A stretch of DNA of 64,000 bases, taken from NCBI GenBank assembly GCA_964187785.1, contig OZ076418.1:29140001-29204000 (forward strand). The letters are read 5' to 3'. Every line of letters starts with the position of its first letter. Position 1 is the first letter of the stretch. The notes beneath the pieces were generated by a model. It did no database searches. It was not told the origin of the DNA and was given only the letters and a program-made list of their open reading frames with translations. The DNA is from Amphiscolops sp. MND2022. Taxonomy: Eukaryota. Shown piece by piece: positions 35,001-47,427 of the stretch. A program made the position numbers and the translations under genes.

Positions 35001-37058
35001 TCGAAATGAACATCCGAAATGATGTTGCAACCAAAGCAATCGAAGTCAATATTCAGTCCACAGGAGTTGCAGAGGAAGAAACTCTTTACATCCTTCCGGA
35101 CGAATCCCCCACAGAACAGCAATTGTGGGAAGAGAAAAACACAATACGCTCTATGGCAAGAACGGAAACCCACAATGATCCAGAAAACGAAGTGTCAGAA
35201 CTCCAAACTTTCCACAAACCCACAGCGGGCACAATCAATTACCGCGAAGGACACTTCAAACACAACGCCAAAATCCGCTTGGAACAAAACAATGACCAAG
35301 TATTACGCAATCTTCGATATAAACTTGAAGGTGAACCCTACGACGAAACAGAGTTTACGCAAGATTATCGCTACAAACACTATTTACAAAAGATCACCAG
35401 AATTGAAATTAAACAAGATGTCCTAACACGAAGATACTACAATGATACTGGGATGATATCACATTACCAGATACTCTTACCAAAACAACTACTAGATGAA
35501 TTCCTTCATGCACTCCATGGACATAACGCAAATCATCCTGGAATAACAAAGATGATCCAAGAAGCCCGGCAGAAGTATTACTATCCCTGCATAGCCAAAT
35601 ACATTCGAACTTGGGTCACAAAATGCTAAATGTGTATACAAAATAAACGCATCAACAATGACCTTCTGAAAACAGAACTACTTAATTGCCCAGACTGGGA
35701 TTTGGGCCCAGAAGACATTCTACAAATGGACATTCTCCCTAATCTCCCGACAAGCGAAGGTTATGACAACATCATCACAGCAATAGACGTGTTCTCACGC
35801 TATTTGTTTGCCTATCCAGTCACCAGGATCACCGCCCCAGCAGTAGCAAAAGTCATTATGGATATTTTGCGCAAACACACATACCTACCCACAACAATTA
35901 TTGCAGATATGGGCACTCAATTCAACTCACAGGTTACCAAAGAAGTTGCAGCAGTCCTAAACATAGAACTCAAACACGCAACGACAAAACATGCCCAAAC
36001 AATTGGACTATTAGAACGTACCCATGCATCGGTTAAAGCGCATCTTAAAGCAGCCACTGGAGAATTCAGAAACAATTGGCATAAGTTTCTACCTTTGGCA
36101 GTCTTGAACCATAATACAACCTACCATGCAACACTTGGTTGCGAACCTACACGGGTCTTCCATGGAAGAATCCCGCACAATATACTCGATTTCAAACTGG
36201 GGTACAATCCAAACCCTAGATTTCAACCCCAAACTGAGGTAGCAGAAGAGGTACAAAGACGGATTGCATTACTTCATGACCAAACAAAGAAAAACATTAT
36301 GCAATCCTACCTTAAATATAAAGCATACTACGACAGGAAAGCGAAAGCAGCACCCCTTACAACAGGGGATTATTGCTTTATCTTGAACCCGAAAGCAGAC
36401 ACACAGGCAACCAAAATCCCCTTCAGAGATTTCCGTTGGGTTGGCTCTTACAAAGTCGAAAAAGTCCTACCGAATAACAATTACATTGTTCGTCGTTTGG
36501 GCACAAATAAAACCCAATTGCTTCATCGTATACGACTACGTATATACATTCCACAACCACCTCTAGCTGACAATTTTGTCAGAGAGTCTGAATGGCAAAA
36601 AGAAGATACACTTATCGCTCAAGATGTCTTATATGCCCACACCTGGGACACAAATTTTGGATCGAGCCCATTTGACACTGACCATGAAATTAATGATCAG
36701 CAAGAAGACATGGTAGAATATGAGCCTACTTCTCAACCTAGAATAAACCGCCCTCCCACCCCCGATAATTCTCAAAACAGTGGGGGGAACCCCAGCAGAA
36801 CAACCTGCTGTGACCGACAAAGAACCCCAGATAATTGATTAAACCATTACAAGAAATGAAAATCAAGAGCCCATACCAGAAATTTCAAGAAATCCAGAAA
36901 CTTCCCAAGAAACCCCAACCAAAAATTCACCAAAAACTCCCAAAAATAACCCAGAAATTGATGCACAAGAAACACAAAAAACAGTTAACACGAGAGGTGA
37001 AAAATACAACTTACGCCCGAACCCTAACCCTAACTACTCAGACTCATACAGATACTAA
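32059..37058 (+). pseudogene. pol: Gypsy Pol (PR-RT-RH-INT), disrupted
   Basis: -1 frame from gag at CTTAAAC (~32059). Motifs LIDTGA, LLVDLRKIN, KLDCSQAYH, YVDD, MTDASF, TDNRSV, HHCC, LQMDIL/IADMG/LLERTH. Frameshift at ~32390, in-frame TAA at 35627-29, further shift near 36800; ends YNLRPNPNPNYSDSYRY*. Confidence 0.93.
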
Positions 37059-37555
37059 AAAAGACAAAATCAAGAGACTCAAAGACTTTAACTAAACACA
37101 GTCTCTGTTTATCTTTTGCTCTCACATCTTTTCTCTTCATTTTTTCTTTCCCAATCAGTTACTTCAGTAACCCTTTTGAGAATTGATTTACTGGAATCAA
37201 CAAAACTAACTAAACCGAATCAGGTGTAATCAACCTGAAGCAAAGCAAACAAAGTATACAAAGAACAAAGCAACAAATAAATGGAATACAAGCAACACCG
37301 CAATCTATAGAAACAGTAACAACTTGACGTCTCTCATTTACCACCGGGAGATGGTCTCTTCTTTATAGAAAGCTTCTTCGCAGATTTAGTTTGGTCAGGG
37401 GGTAGAAACGGAACCTCGCTGACGAAGCGCGGAACAGCCAAAGTAGCAGTAGCCAATTGCAGAGTCTGATCGAAACCTCTTGATGACCCACCGGAAGGCC
37501 CAACCGGGATTGGCCCAGGAACAGCAAACTTCGAACTGGGTAGAGGAATTTTGGG

Positions 37556-40500
37556 CTATTTACTAGTAGAAGAAGTGACCCGATGAGTTGGCGAAGAAGA
37601 AGTTGAACTAGAAGGTTTAGGATCAACATCCAGAGAAGTCCATGCCCTTTCCTCATCAGTAACCGTGCAGGTGAAACGGGACTCAAATCTATTCTGTTGT
37701 CGTCGTCGGCGAGATGAACAACTGGAACTAACGTCCCAAACAGAATAATCGGGATTTTCCAGCAAACTCCTCCCTTTTCCGAGCAAGGAAAAAATAGGGG
37801 CAACAGTTCTAGGATTGGAAAATAACCCTAAAACGTTGGGAATGCCGACCAGTGAAGACTGAACACTCCTAACAGCAGAAGTAAAATCACAGTTGTCAGA
37901 AGCCAAGTCAGATAAAGCAACGATGAAAACAGGTGGAATGCAAATAGAGCTGGAAATTCCAAGACAAAACAATTTGAATACAGAGAACAAATTGGTGCGA
38001 CATTGGAGCTCATAATAACCGGACATGAAGGTAACCCAGTCTGTGTCGTACTGTACTTCGCAAGACCTGAACTTCTCAACAAAAGATCGGTACTCACTCA
38101 AGACGAGTGGCTTGATGGAATTTGATATCCAGTCCCGCTGTATGAGGAAGTCGCACAATTGGTCTGATTCTTCTTCGTAGTCCTCCTCTCGCCCATGTAA
38201 TATCACAGCTTCGTCGAAAACAGACATTCCTCGGATAAACTTCGACTTGCGGATGCTGTGTTTCAGAAGCAAAGTACATAGACTTTTATAAAAACACAGA
38301 GCTTGTTCAACGAAATGGGTTGGCGTCGGAAGGTCACTCTTATTGACTAAGTCGGCAAAATCTTTATTGCGAAGAAAATCGTTGACGCGTTTGAAAGGAA
38401 GATCTGAAGACAAGTCAATAGATAAGAAGCGGTCCCAGTCAGAGATGTCCCCCAAGAAAGAATCTGGCAAGATAGTCTGGAGCTGACTATACACAAATGT
38501 GGCGTAGGAACTGTAGAGTCGAAAGCCGTCTGAGGCGATCCCAGTGACTCCTTTGAAAGCCGATTGGTCTGAATTATTTTCAGATTAAGAAAAGGGACCA
38601 GACATTAAAAGAATGGAAAAAATAGAAAAGGCTAACAATGAAGAAGCACATTCCGTACTAGAAACAACTTGGCGGGATAAGTCTTGTCTTTAAATATCGT
38701 CTCATCCAAACTTTTGGGCTGAAACATCAAAGGTTGGCCATTAAAACTATGTCAGAACAACGATATCTGGAATTTCGAAAACGAATATTACCTCTTTCAT
38801 GTGGTATTTGAAAGCCTTGATCCGGTCAGTGAGACGGAGATGAGCAACCACATGATGCCAATTCTGGTACAGTTGTCCAAGAAGAATAGCGCACTTGTCA
38901 TAACTGTATTCGAAGCTACAGAGCGCCTAAAAGAACAAATTCATGCCTGTGAGAACTAATAGCATTGGAAATGAACTTAAGACATTACGCATTATGATGT
39001 CTTCCAAATACAGTAGGATGCTAAACAGCATGCAGCATAAGATACGCGGACTATGCGGATTAACCGTGAAACCAGCATAATTCAAGAAAAACAGTATAAA
39101 AGAAACAATTACGTTGTTCAGGAGAAAACAGCATAGAAGAAAAGTTCATGCGATTTTCAGGAGAAAACAGCATAGAAGAAAAGTTCATGCGATTTTCAGG
39201 AGAAAACAGCATAGAAGAAAAGTTCATGCAACTTTCAAAAGAAAACAGCATAGAAGAAAAGTTCATGCGGTTTCCAGAAGAAAACAGCACAAAGAAGTAT
39301 CCATGCGGTCTCACTAAAAGAGTCAGCATAGAAGAAAAGTTTATGCGGTTTTTGGAAGAAAACAGTATAAAGGAATACTCATGCAGTTTTCGAAAGAAAA
39401 CTACATAAAAAAGCATCCATGCAGTTCCCGTAATGGAATGGCATGGAAGATGTGATTATGCGGTTTTCGGAAAAGGTGGCATAAGGGAATACCCACACAA
39501 GCGGAAAAAAAACAGTATAAAGATAGAATCTATGCAGTTTGCAGAAAACAATGGCTATGCGGAGTAGCAGCATAATGAAATGAAGAAACTATGGTCAAGA
39601 TCCAACAAAGTATGCGGTAATATGCGGTTTTCTGAAGACGTCTTAGGAGTGTTGATTACGGTTAGGAAGGGACATAATAATAGTTAAACAATAGAAATGC
39701 TTACTTCTCGAAGCTCCTGCAAATTGTTGAGCCAAACTGATCCCAAAGCTGTTCGAAGTTTCATCAAAAGAAATTGTAAATTGCTGTGTATGTCATAGCG
39801 GTCCAGGATTTTGACACATGGGCCCGCGAGCATTTTGTATAAATCTTCATAGCCGAAAGTGGCAACGACGCAAATGGGTGTGGATTGGTTCAGCTCAGTA
39901 GTCAATGTTTTACTGACCCGTCCATCAAACCCGAGCAGAGAAAACACAGTGGGTGGATTGCTTGTAACAGCAAGGAAAGAAGAGATGGCATCGAGGACTT
40001 TTGGAGTTGTTTGGAGACTGTTGGGAAACTCGGAAAGGCAGATACTATTGTACACATTCCCAGACCAGAAGGCCAAATTAACCTGAGCAACTTTAGTCGA
40101 GGAACTGAATTGAAGGGAACACAAGCCTCGTTGACCAATAGATGTGACAGAATATCGTAGTAACTCGTGAAACATGTAGACGAGTATTCCCTGTGAAACA
40201 TACGAATTAAATATAAGATAGATAGATGCCCAACTCAGTTAGATAACAAAAGATACTTACAAAAACACGTTCCTGTCTCCAGTCGTACTGCGGGAATCTA
40301 GTGGGCCCCTGTGCCTTGACATTCAAATTGGATAAGAGTGAAGTTAATAGGTCCAACTCTCCGCCAGATTGGAGTCCTAACAGGAGGAGCCTCATCTGTG
40401 AGCATGCGACTGATGAGGGATCAAGAATTTCTGTGTCTTTTGGCAACTCTCTCTGTCCTGGCAGCAGGTGACATTCGCCCAAAGTTGGAGTGATTGGAAA

Positions 40501-41567
40501 CGTCTGCTCCGCTTTTTCCCGTGCTTCGTCTAAAGCAACTCCAATTATCTCTCGCTCATTTTTGTCATAGAGTGGAAGTCCTGGTGTTTCTAATCTGATT
40601 CGATGCTCTCGAACCAAGTGGGCATCAGTACGGTAGTGCGATAAAATTTCGAGCGATCCTTTCGTCTTTAGAGACAACTCTACTTGACACACTCTACAGC
40701 GCCACTTGTGAGGATTCTCGTTCGGGTCAGCTGGACCTGTGACGAAGAATTTGAACACGGGATGCTTTTTATACATCTGAGCAGAAAGCTGCATTCGAGG
40801 TCTTGGTCTTTTGCTAACCACAACTTGTTCATCGGATGTTGTTTGGACCGGATCAGAAGTTTCGGTGTTGTATGAACGCCTGAGAGAGCGTCCTTTCCCC
40901 GGAGATGTAATTGGAGTCCGTTCTGCGGCACTACGTCGTTGTTCTGTCGGTGTGGATTCACCTCCAGAAGGGCCCGTAGTGAGTTTGGATCTTTCAACAA
41001 CGTGCGCAGACATTGATTGCTCAAGTTTCGTACTGACAAGAGTTTCAAGTCTCTGCTCCAGTGCCTCTAGGTCAGAACTTGTAACAAAATTGCCAAATTG
41101 TGGTAATGGGAGCGACTGAGCATTGGTAGCTGGTTCTTGACTTCCTTGCTCGTTGGGGGCTGTCACTGCAAGTTGACCTAAGTAACGTGTGGTAGGAGAT
41201 GTCCGAGAATGGACCCCTTCCAACATAGGAGTAGTCGCCCGTGAGGAACATTCATCTGGTAGAGATTTTTTCTCACCTGCAGGAGCGATTGAATTGAGGC
41301 AATCGGGTTGTTCTCCAGTCACATCAAGAATGAGTTGAAGTTTAGAATCAACGGAAGTGGCAAGGAAACTAACAGGTTCTTTAGGACTTGTCATGCTGTG
41401 GTCAAACGAGTGTTTAATACCGTCTTGGTCGAGAGTTACATTAACGGTTTCGCAGAAAGAGCGCTCTGGTTCAGGAGTAGATTGATGAAGGGGAACAACA
41501 GACGTCAAAACCGTCAATTCATTGGTAGATGTTTGTTTTTGGTGAGAGGATTGAGAATCGGTATGAG
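37556..41567 (-). CDS. Antisense spliced gene inside the Gypsy element: BED-type Zn finger + hAT-transposase-like protein (at least 1006 aa)
   Basis: Exons 40261-41567, 39705-40190, 38792-38926, 38637-38718, 37556-38568 join in phase via GT-AG introns of 70, 778, 73 and 68 nt. WRCRVCQVELSLKTKGSLEILSHYRTDAH finger; hAT-like CSLQFSSSTK...NLAFW and EYRSF...DW...NLFSVFKLFCL. Start exon unresolved (candidate ATG at ~41930). The hAT relationship is by eye only. Confidence 0.75.
39120..39360. repeat. 39-bp tandem repeat (ggagaaaacagcatagaagaaaagttcatgcgattttca), about 6 copies, in the long intron of the antisense gene
   Basis: Directly visible; each unit carries CAGCAT...ATGCG half-sites. Confidence 0.9.
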
Positions 41568-43163
41568 CTAGAACACATAAAGAATTGGAAATAATGATGA
41601 CATAGGTCGATGAAAATCAACCTGAAAACGGATATTATCCGACTAAATTATGGGAAACTGATCACTTCCTACTTTGAAATCAGAGTTAACTCGAAAAAGT
41701 GTTCACAACTTGAAACAGAAAATCCGAAAATGGACCTGTGGAGAGCGGATGTGAAAATAAAATTTGTTCAGCGGCGGAAACAGGAAGTCTTCAAGCGACT
41801 TTTGTGAAAGCCCAATGTGAAATCAAATACCGAGATATTTTCATCCATTAATTAAAGGCTGAAAATATACAAATCTTGTGTTGGCAAATCGGTTCCCTCC
41901 TTGTAGCCAGACATCGTTTCACCCAGTGGATCCATAAGACAAACTGCGAAACGCTGTAGTCGATTGCAAAACAAAGAGTCCGTGAGAATGGCAGCGTTGG
42001 AAGAATGAAAACCAAGTGAAGCTAAATCAGGATAACGAATCAGGAAAGCGGAATTGGATAATTCGAACGAAAAATGTGAGAAACTAAAGATGGCGGAACT
42101 ACAAATGACTTGAAGACTCTGAAAAATTGTAAAAACTATGAAGACTGAGAATTAATAATGTAGATTGAAATTATCAAGAAATCAAAATTATCAAAGCAAC
42201 TGGAAACAGAAGGCGTGGCAGTTAACGAGAAGGCAAAAAAGCAAATGGATGACGTCAATAATGGCGTTTTCAGTGTATCTCAAATCTAATTGGTCGAGAG
42301 CAAGTACTCAGTTTGGCCATTTCTGCCAGAATGACTAAATTGGAGGAATCCATACCATATAAGGAAACTGACAGACTTTGCGTATCAACTCGCAGCACAC
42401 TGTTACAGTGAAATTGCACTATGCTGTTCTGCATCAGAAACAGCATAATGGTCCAGCGCTATCGTGAACAGCAATGTGTTATAGTATAGGGAAGAAAATG
42501 TAACAAGGCAGCATAATGGGATTATGCGGAATTAAAAGTGAAACTGCATAACGTGTTTATGCGAAAAACTATCAAAGACAGCATGGTGAAGTAATAATGG
42601 CAATATGAGAAAATATGATGCATTATGATGTTTTCTGTAAGCAGTTTATGATATGAATCACTATTAACACTGCTGATTTGAATATTACACATTTACTAGT
42701 GAAAGAATGAAATTCCACAATTTTGAGAAAGATGATTCATACAACAAAGTGTGAAATCTTCACATGATGAATCTGAATGGACTACAACCATAATGTATTT
42801 TGATGATGAGTAATTAAAATTCAGTTACCCTTTATGGGGTAGCTACCGGCGATATATGAAAGAAACTCTGAAAATCAATATTTATTGATGATCAATTAAA
42901 GAAACTTGATGATGCTAGATTTCCATAAATTATTTGATAATTACCCAAAACCCGGGAGAAGGGTAAAAGTGAAAGTGTATTGGAGCAATTTATATAAAAC
43001 CCATAAACCTACAAAAACCTAGAAAACCTTACCATTTCGGTCTTAAATTTCCTGAAAACAGTTGATCTTCGCCTTACAACTTCCTAATCTTGTAATAATT
43101 CTTGATTCGAAATTGTGTAACAAATTGAACTGTTTATACCATTTGATTTGAAAAAACATAAAA

Positions 43164-44111
43164 ATGGGCAGCACACCTGTGAGAAGAAACAATAACACGA
43201 GGGACCCAATGTTAATTGACACTGCATTGGACCTAATAAATATCTCCAGTAGCTCTGAGGAAGGATTTACGGTGGAACGTTTCTCTTTGCCCGAACTAGA
43301 AGATATGTTCAGAGTTGCACCATCATCAATCACGAACATGCCAACTGCTTTCATGGGGTCGGCAGAGGCCTCATTATTCGTGACCAATTCAGTTGATGCC
43401 AGGTCAACAGGATGTATAGACACAAGAGGAACGTCTATTGAAACTGAGCTGATGGATCTATTGAACGACATACCGGATATTTCACCCACAACGTTCATCG
43501 ATACCTCCGACGAAGAAATGAACCCCTTCCCAGAGGCTAATTTCGCGAATGTACAAAGGAACGCGTATGGTCGCCCTACCCAGAGAGTGTGCCCTATGCC
43601 CAGACAGCAACAAGAGACACAACCTCCTAATGCGAATCTACCAACTATACCCAGCCGAACAAGCGCCTTTACAGCGTATACAGCACCACAGCAGAGAACA
43701 ACTGACCCGAATCCTCGTCCTACACAACAAGCACAGTATTTGCCGATGCCCATCCCGTTCTACCCTAATGCGTGGAACAATGTGGGATATGGGACATTGG
43801 GTCATAATATGCAACCACCACCATCAAGCAACGTTCCCGCTCATAACGGAACCTTGTTGCAAATGAACCCTCCAGTCATGCCCCAGGTCGCAGGTTATTG
43901 CCCAGGTTGCACTAAAACCTATGACCAAATCGCAGTAGAGACATTGACCAACTACGTTGCTTGGTCCGAGTATCCTGATGAAACAATCCGCGACAGAAAC
44001 GTCAGATCAAGGGCTTTTGTGGACGGATTTGGAGCTGCGTTAATCTGCTTCAAAAATGCTGGACTGTCGCCGGGCTTCCCCTGCGAGATGTCCGGAGTGC
44101 AGCATCGATGA
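43164..44111 (+). CDS. Gypsy accessory ORF3, unknown function (315 aa)
   Basis: Intact ATG-initiated ORF; acidic then Pro/Gln-rich body and a compact C-terminal region with CPGC; last 47 nt lie inside the 3-prime LTR. Confidence 0.7.
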   Translation: MGSTPVRRNNNTRDPMLIDTALDLINISSSSEEGFTVERFSLPELEDMFRVAPSSITNMPTAFMGSAEASLFVTNSVDARSTGCIDTRGTSIETELMDLLNDIPDISPTTFIDTSDEEMNPFPEANFANVQRNAYGRPTQRVCPMPRQQQETQPPNANLPTIPSRTSAFTAYTAPQQRTTDPNPRPTQQAQYLPMPIPFYPNAWNNVGYGTLGHNMQPPPSSNVPAHNGTLLQMNPPVMPQVAGYCPGCTKTYDQIAVETLTNYVAWSEYPDETIRDRNVRSRAFVDGFGAALICFKNAGLSPGFPCEMSGVQHR

Positions 44112-45823
44112 TCAGTTCAACTTGCTCCTTCCTACCGCCTGAGACCCGAAGATCCGAATCAAAGCGTCATCAGTGGTACAGACTTCAAAAACATTTAAAG
44201 TTACCATAAACTGAGATAATCGTTTTAAATGTTTGTTCTTGTTGCTAATTTCTTAGCATTCGTTTGTGTTATAGTGTTCGTTAATGTTAAATTGGATGCC
44301 CTGTTGCCTTCATTGATTTAATTGTAACAACGGTCTGACCGCTGGCAAATCGAAAGAAAAAGAAAAACTTTGACCAAATAAATTAGTCTCTAGTGATAAT
44401 GTTACTAGCTGACCCAAGCCAAAACTTTATTTTTACTCCCACTTTACCTTATAAGAGTGTACTGTAGTTTGATATAGCTTTCAAAATAATAGAGCATTTG
44501 TAGCAAGACTATGTAGGAAGCTTTCATAATTTGCATGATGAATTATCCATGAAACAGCATACTGTGCTCATACTTCTTTTCATTGAGAGTTTATACTGCT
44601 TTGTGCAGTTCTTACTAAGCCACATATGCGGCTTTAGCTAAAAAACAGTATGATGACTACATACGTGCGGATAGTTATGCTACTTACCGCATTATGCGGA
44701 AGTATTGTAAAAACATCATGATGATTACATCCGTGTGCACGTTTATACTCCTCACCGCATTATGCGGAAATATCTCAAAACAGCATGAAGTTTAATTCAT
44801 AATTAACATAATGAACAGCACCGATAAATTATACTGCATTATGCGGTTCCCATAAAACAGTATATATGCGGATATGCGGACAGAACGTCATAATCCGCAT
44901 ATTGCTTCTACAGTAATTTACTGATGTAGCAGTTCTATATTTAGACCTTCTAGGGATATGACGTTATGAAGTATTTTTAATCCCTGACCCTAGAAACATG
45001 ACGTTATGATGATTTGTATAAAATTGATTGTCATGCTACTAAAAATACCAACCAATAGAATCATTCGAAGCGAGTCCCTAAGAAATCATTTTCCCCACAT
45101 TCATTCGAAAAATCTCACACAGAACACAGTCACTTAATTTCACAATCTACCCACAGTTCTCAAACTTGGCAGTTTTCTTCCTTTGTGAAGATAACTTCCA
45201 CGATTTCATTTCACCACAATATCTTTGTAATTCAAAGATTTCTACACTCAACACTGTTTTCATCATGGGAAATAAAAGAAATAGACGTTCAAGAAGGATA
45301 GAATCTCAGTCATCGGACAGAGAAGAGAATACTTCAGAAACAAGCTTCACTCAAGGTAATGCGACTTTAGTTGATGTTTCTGAAAATGTTAATAACATTT
45401 TTGACAGGAACTTAGGTAGCGAACTGACAGAACCTTCGCAAATCAGCAATGAAATAGAAGTAATATCCCAGAGATTATTTGAACAGAACAGTAACAAGAT
45501 GACACAAATCGAACAGCAACTGAATAGTAAATTCGAATAGATACTTAGAGAAATTAGAACAAATAGAGAAAGCAATTTGGCAAATGATGAAGAGGATGCC
45601 GAGAACAACAGGCCAGGTCCATCTAACTCGAAAAATAGAAGTCTCAGTAACAATCACGCATCAAATACAACATTAGACAAAGACAAAAATCAGGATGATC
45701 GGTTTTATCCATCTGAAATGGGTGAATTAAGACAACCATACACGCCAGTCGGAACTGCTAATGAAACACTAGACGAAACCATCATTATAAACGAAAACAG
45801 ACAGGGGAATGCCGATCATCACA
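44065..45823 (+). repeat. Gypsy 3-prime LTR (1759 bp)
   Basis: Copy of 29209-30959; its gag fragment has a TAG at 45538-40. Confidence 0.95.
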
Positions 45824-46513
45824 GCTCGGTCCTAATCGCTTTTAATTCAATTCTAATGCTGAGCATCGCCGATCACCTCTTAAGATTCAAACAGGTGTCC
45901 AGCTTGACTACTAACTCTAAGTTGAGTGCTTTAGAAACTATAATGCGAAACAAAGCGTGAAAGTGATGAAAAGAAAGAACTAAAACGAAGTCGAATCGTT
46001 TCAATCTCGATTGAAATAGTACACGTTGCCTTGCGATCTTAAAAAATTGTTTTAAGCATATACTGGAGGTCTCCTTATTCAGCTATAAAGCTTTGGTTTA
46101 TATTTTAGCAAGAAAGTAGTATCAAACTTTCCATCACATTCAACTTAAGTACACAAAGTGATTACTGAGATTTCGGCGCAAAAGGCAATAATAAAGTTTC
46201 GTACTAAGTATGAACGTTGATGATAATCGCGTCATATTTTGCATTTCTGTGGTACCAAGAGATTCAAGTTGTCAAACTATGTAAAATTTTGTTTTGCCAC
46301 AATTGGGTAAAAATAGAATGAGGTCTTAGGAGAAGAATACATACGCAAATACAGCCAAGTCGTGCTTCGGCTATCTCAAAAACGATAAACTTCGGCTTCT
46401 ATTTTAATTGAAAAAAACTTGAAATTAATTTTAAAAAAATTGAAATAAACTTACCAATTACTGAAGGAAAAGAAATTTAAAAAAATAAAGAAAACTACAG
46501 TAAAAAGAGGTAA

Positions 46514-47308
46514 CTAAGGATCAAGCGTCCTCCAAAAATCTTGGTCGGTTTCACAGACTGATTCAATCAATGTCAGCGATTTCCTCAGGGTTTCCACGTT
46601 GAATCCTGTCCTGACGCACAAAAGTTTCGGATACCGCTGACAGAGACGATGAATCCGCATCAACTCTTTTATTTTTGTAACTCCATAATTAATGTGGAAC
46701 AAAGATAAATGCTCTTTTAATTTGACAGGCGATTTGGACTGCAGTTTCTCTGTTAGTGCCACAATTAATTTTCCTATAGCGCAGCTTTGAGCAATAAGCC
46801 CAAAGTCTGACGCTTCATGCAGTTTTTTAATTTTCTCACATAACAAATCCGCACTCCCGTCAACAGAGTTGTTATTAACCTCCTCGACAAACGCCATATC
46901 TTGAGGCGCTACACCGTCATTAACAGCGGAGTACATCTGTTTTTTGACGGAATCGTGCGACACAGGAGAACACTTCTTTCTATTTTTCGGAACTGGCTCC
47001 GGAACATTTTCCAACGATGAGGACGAGGAGGAAGACGATGAGGCGAAGGACGATGAGGCTGAAGACGAGCTGGACGCCGAAGACGGGGAAGGAGGACAGG
47101 ACTCGCTAAAAAATTTCTCCTGAACTTGCTCAAAAATGTACTCGCTCATTTCGTCCGTAAATTTTGTATTCGTCCTGTAACAAGTTCTCGACGCCAGCGA
47201 GAATCCGCACAAAAGGTGGGCAAACGTCTTTGTTTCCTTCTCAGTGAAGGAAACGCCGACCAACTGCTCCCTCAGGCTCTCGAAAGCCCGAACAACACAC
47301 TCCGGCAA
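46514..47308 (-). CDS. Polinton accessory protein, unknown (264 aa)
   Basis: Intact ORF, Ser-rich linker and helical C-terminal domain; co-oriented with the Polinton genes. Confidence 0.65.
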   Translation of the reverse strand: MPECVVRAFESLREQLVGVSFTEKETKTFAHLLCGFSLASRTCYRTNTKFTDEMSEYIFEQVQEKFFSESCPPSPSSASSSSSASSSFASSSSSSSSSLENVPEPVPKNRKKCSPVSHDSVKKQMYSAVNDGVAPQDMAFVEEVNNNSVDGSADLLCEKIKKLHEASDFGLIAQSCAIGKLIVALTEKLQSKSPVKLKEHLSLFHINYGVTKIKELMRIHRLCQRYPKLLCVRTGFNVETLRKSLTLIESVCETDQDFWRTLDP

Positions 47309-47427
47309 CTCCTGTTAACGAAAAAAATTGAACCATGGATAAAAAATTTATTGGATAATACCAAGCTGGGCAAACAAAATATCAGAAACATGAGAAGTAT
47401 AAATTGGAAATAAAATTACAAAACTTT

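Larger units (their letters stand above)
29209..45823 (+). mobile_element. Giant (16.6 kb) Ty3/Gypsy LTR retrotransposon with accessory genes
   Basis: Direct repeats 29209-30959 and 44065-45823 begin TGTCG and end TCACA; 5-bp TSD GCTCG (29204-29208, 45824-45828); PBS TGGTGACAGG at 30960; domain order gag, PR, RT, RH, INT. Confidence 0.95.

Noticed and set aside
37015-37035. CCCTAACCCTAA telomere-like hexamers
   Set aside because: Only two units, encoding PNPNPN at the pol C-terminus.
39060-39416. Repetitive ORFs on both strands
   Set aside because: By-products of the 39-bp tandem repeat within a predicted intron.
43043-43753. 236-aa minus-strand ORF
   Set aside because: Shadow of the longer ATG-initiated plus-strand ORF3; no independent motifs.
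46110-46125. AGTAGT as a Polinton terminus
   Set aside because: Single short occurrence with no extended AG/AGT run or matching inverted partner visible.
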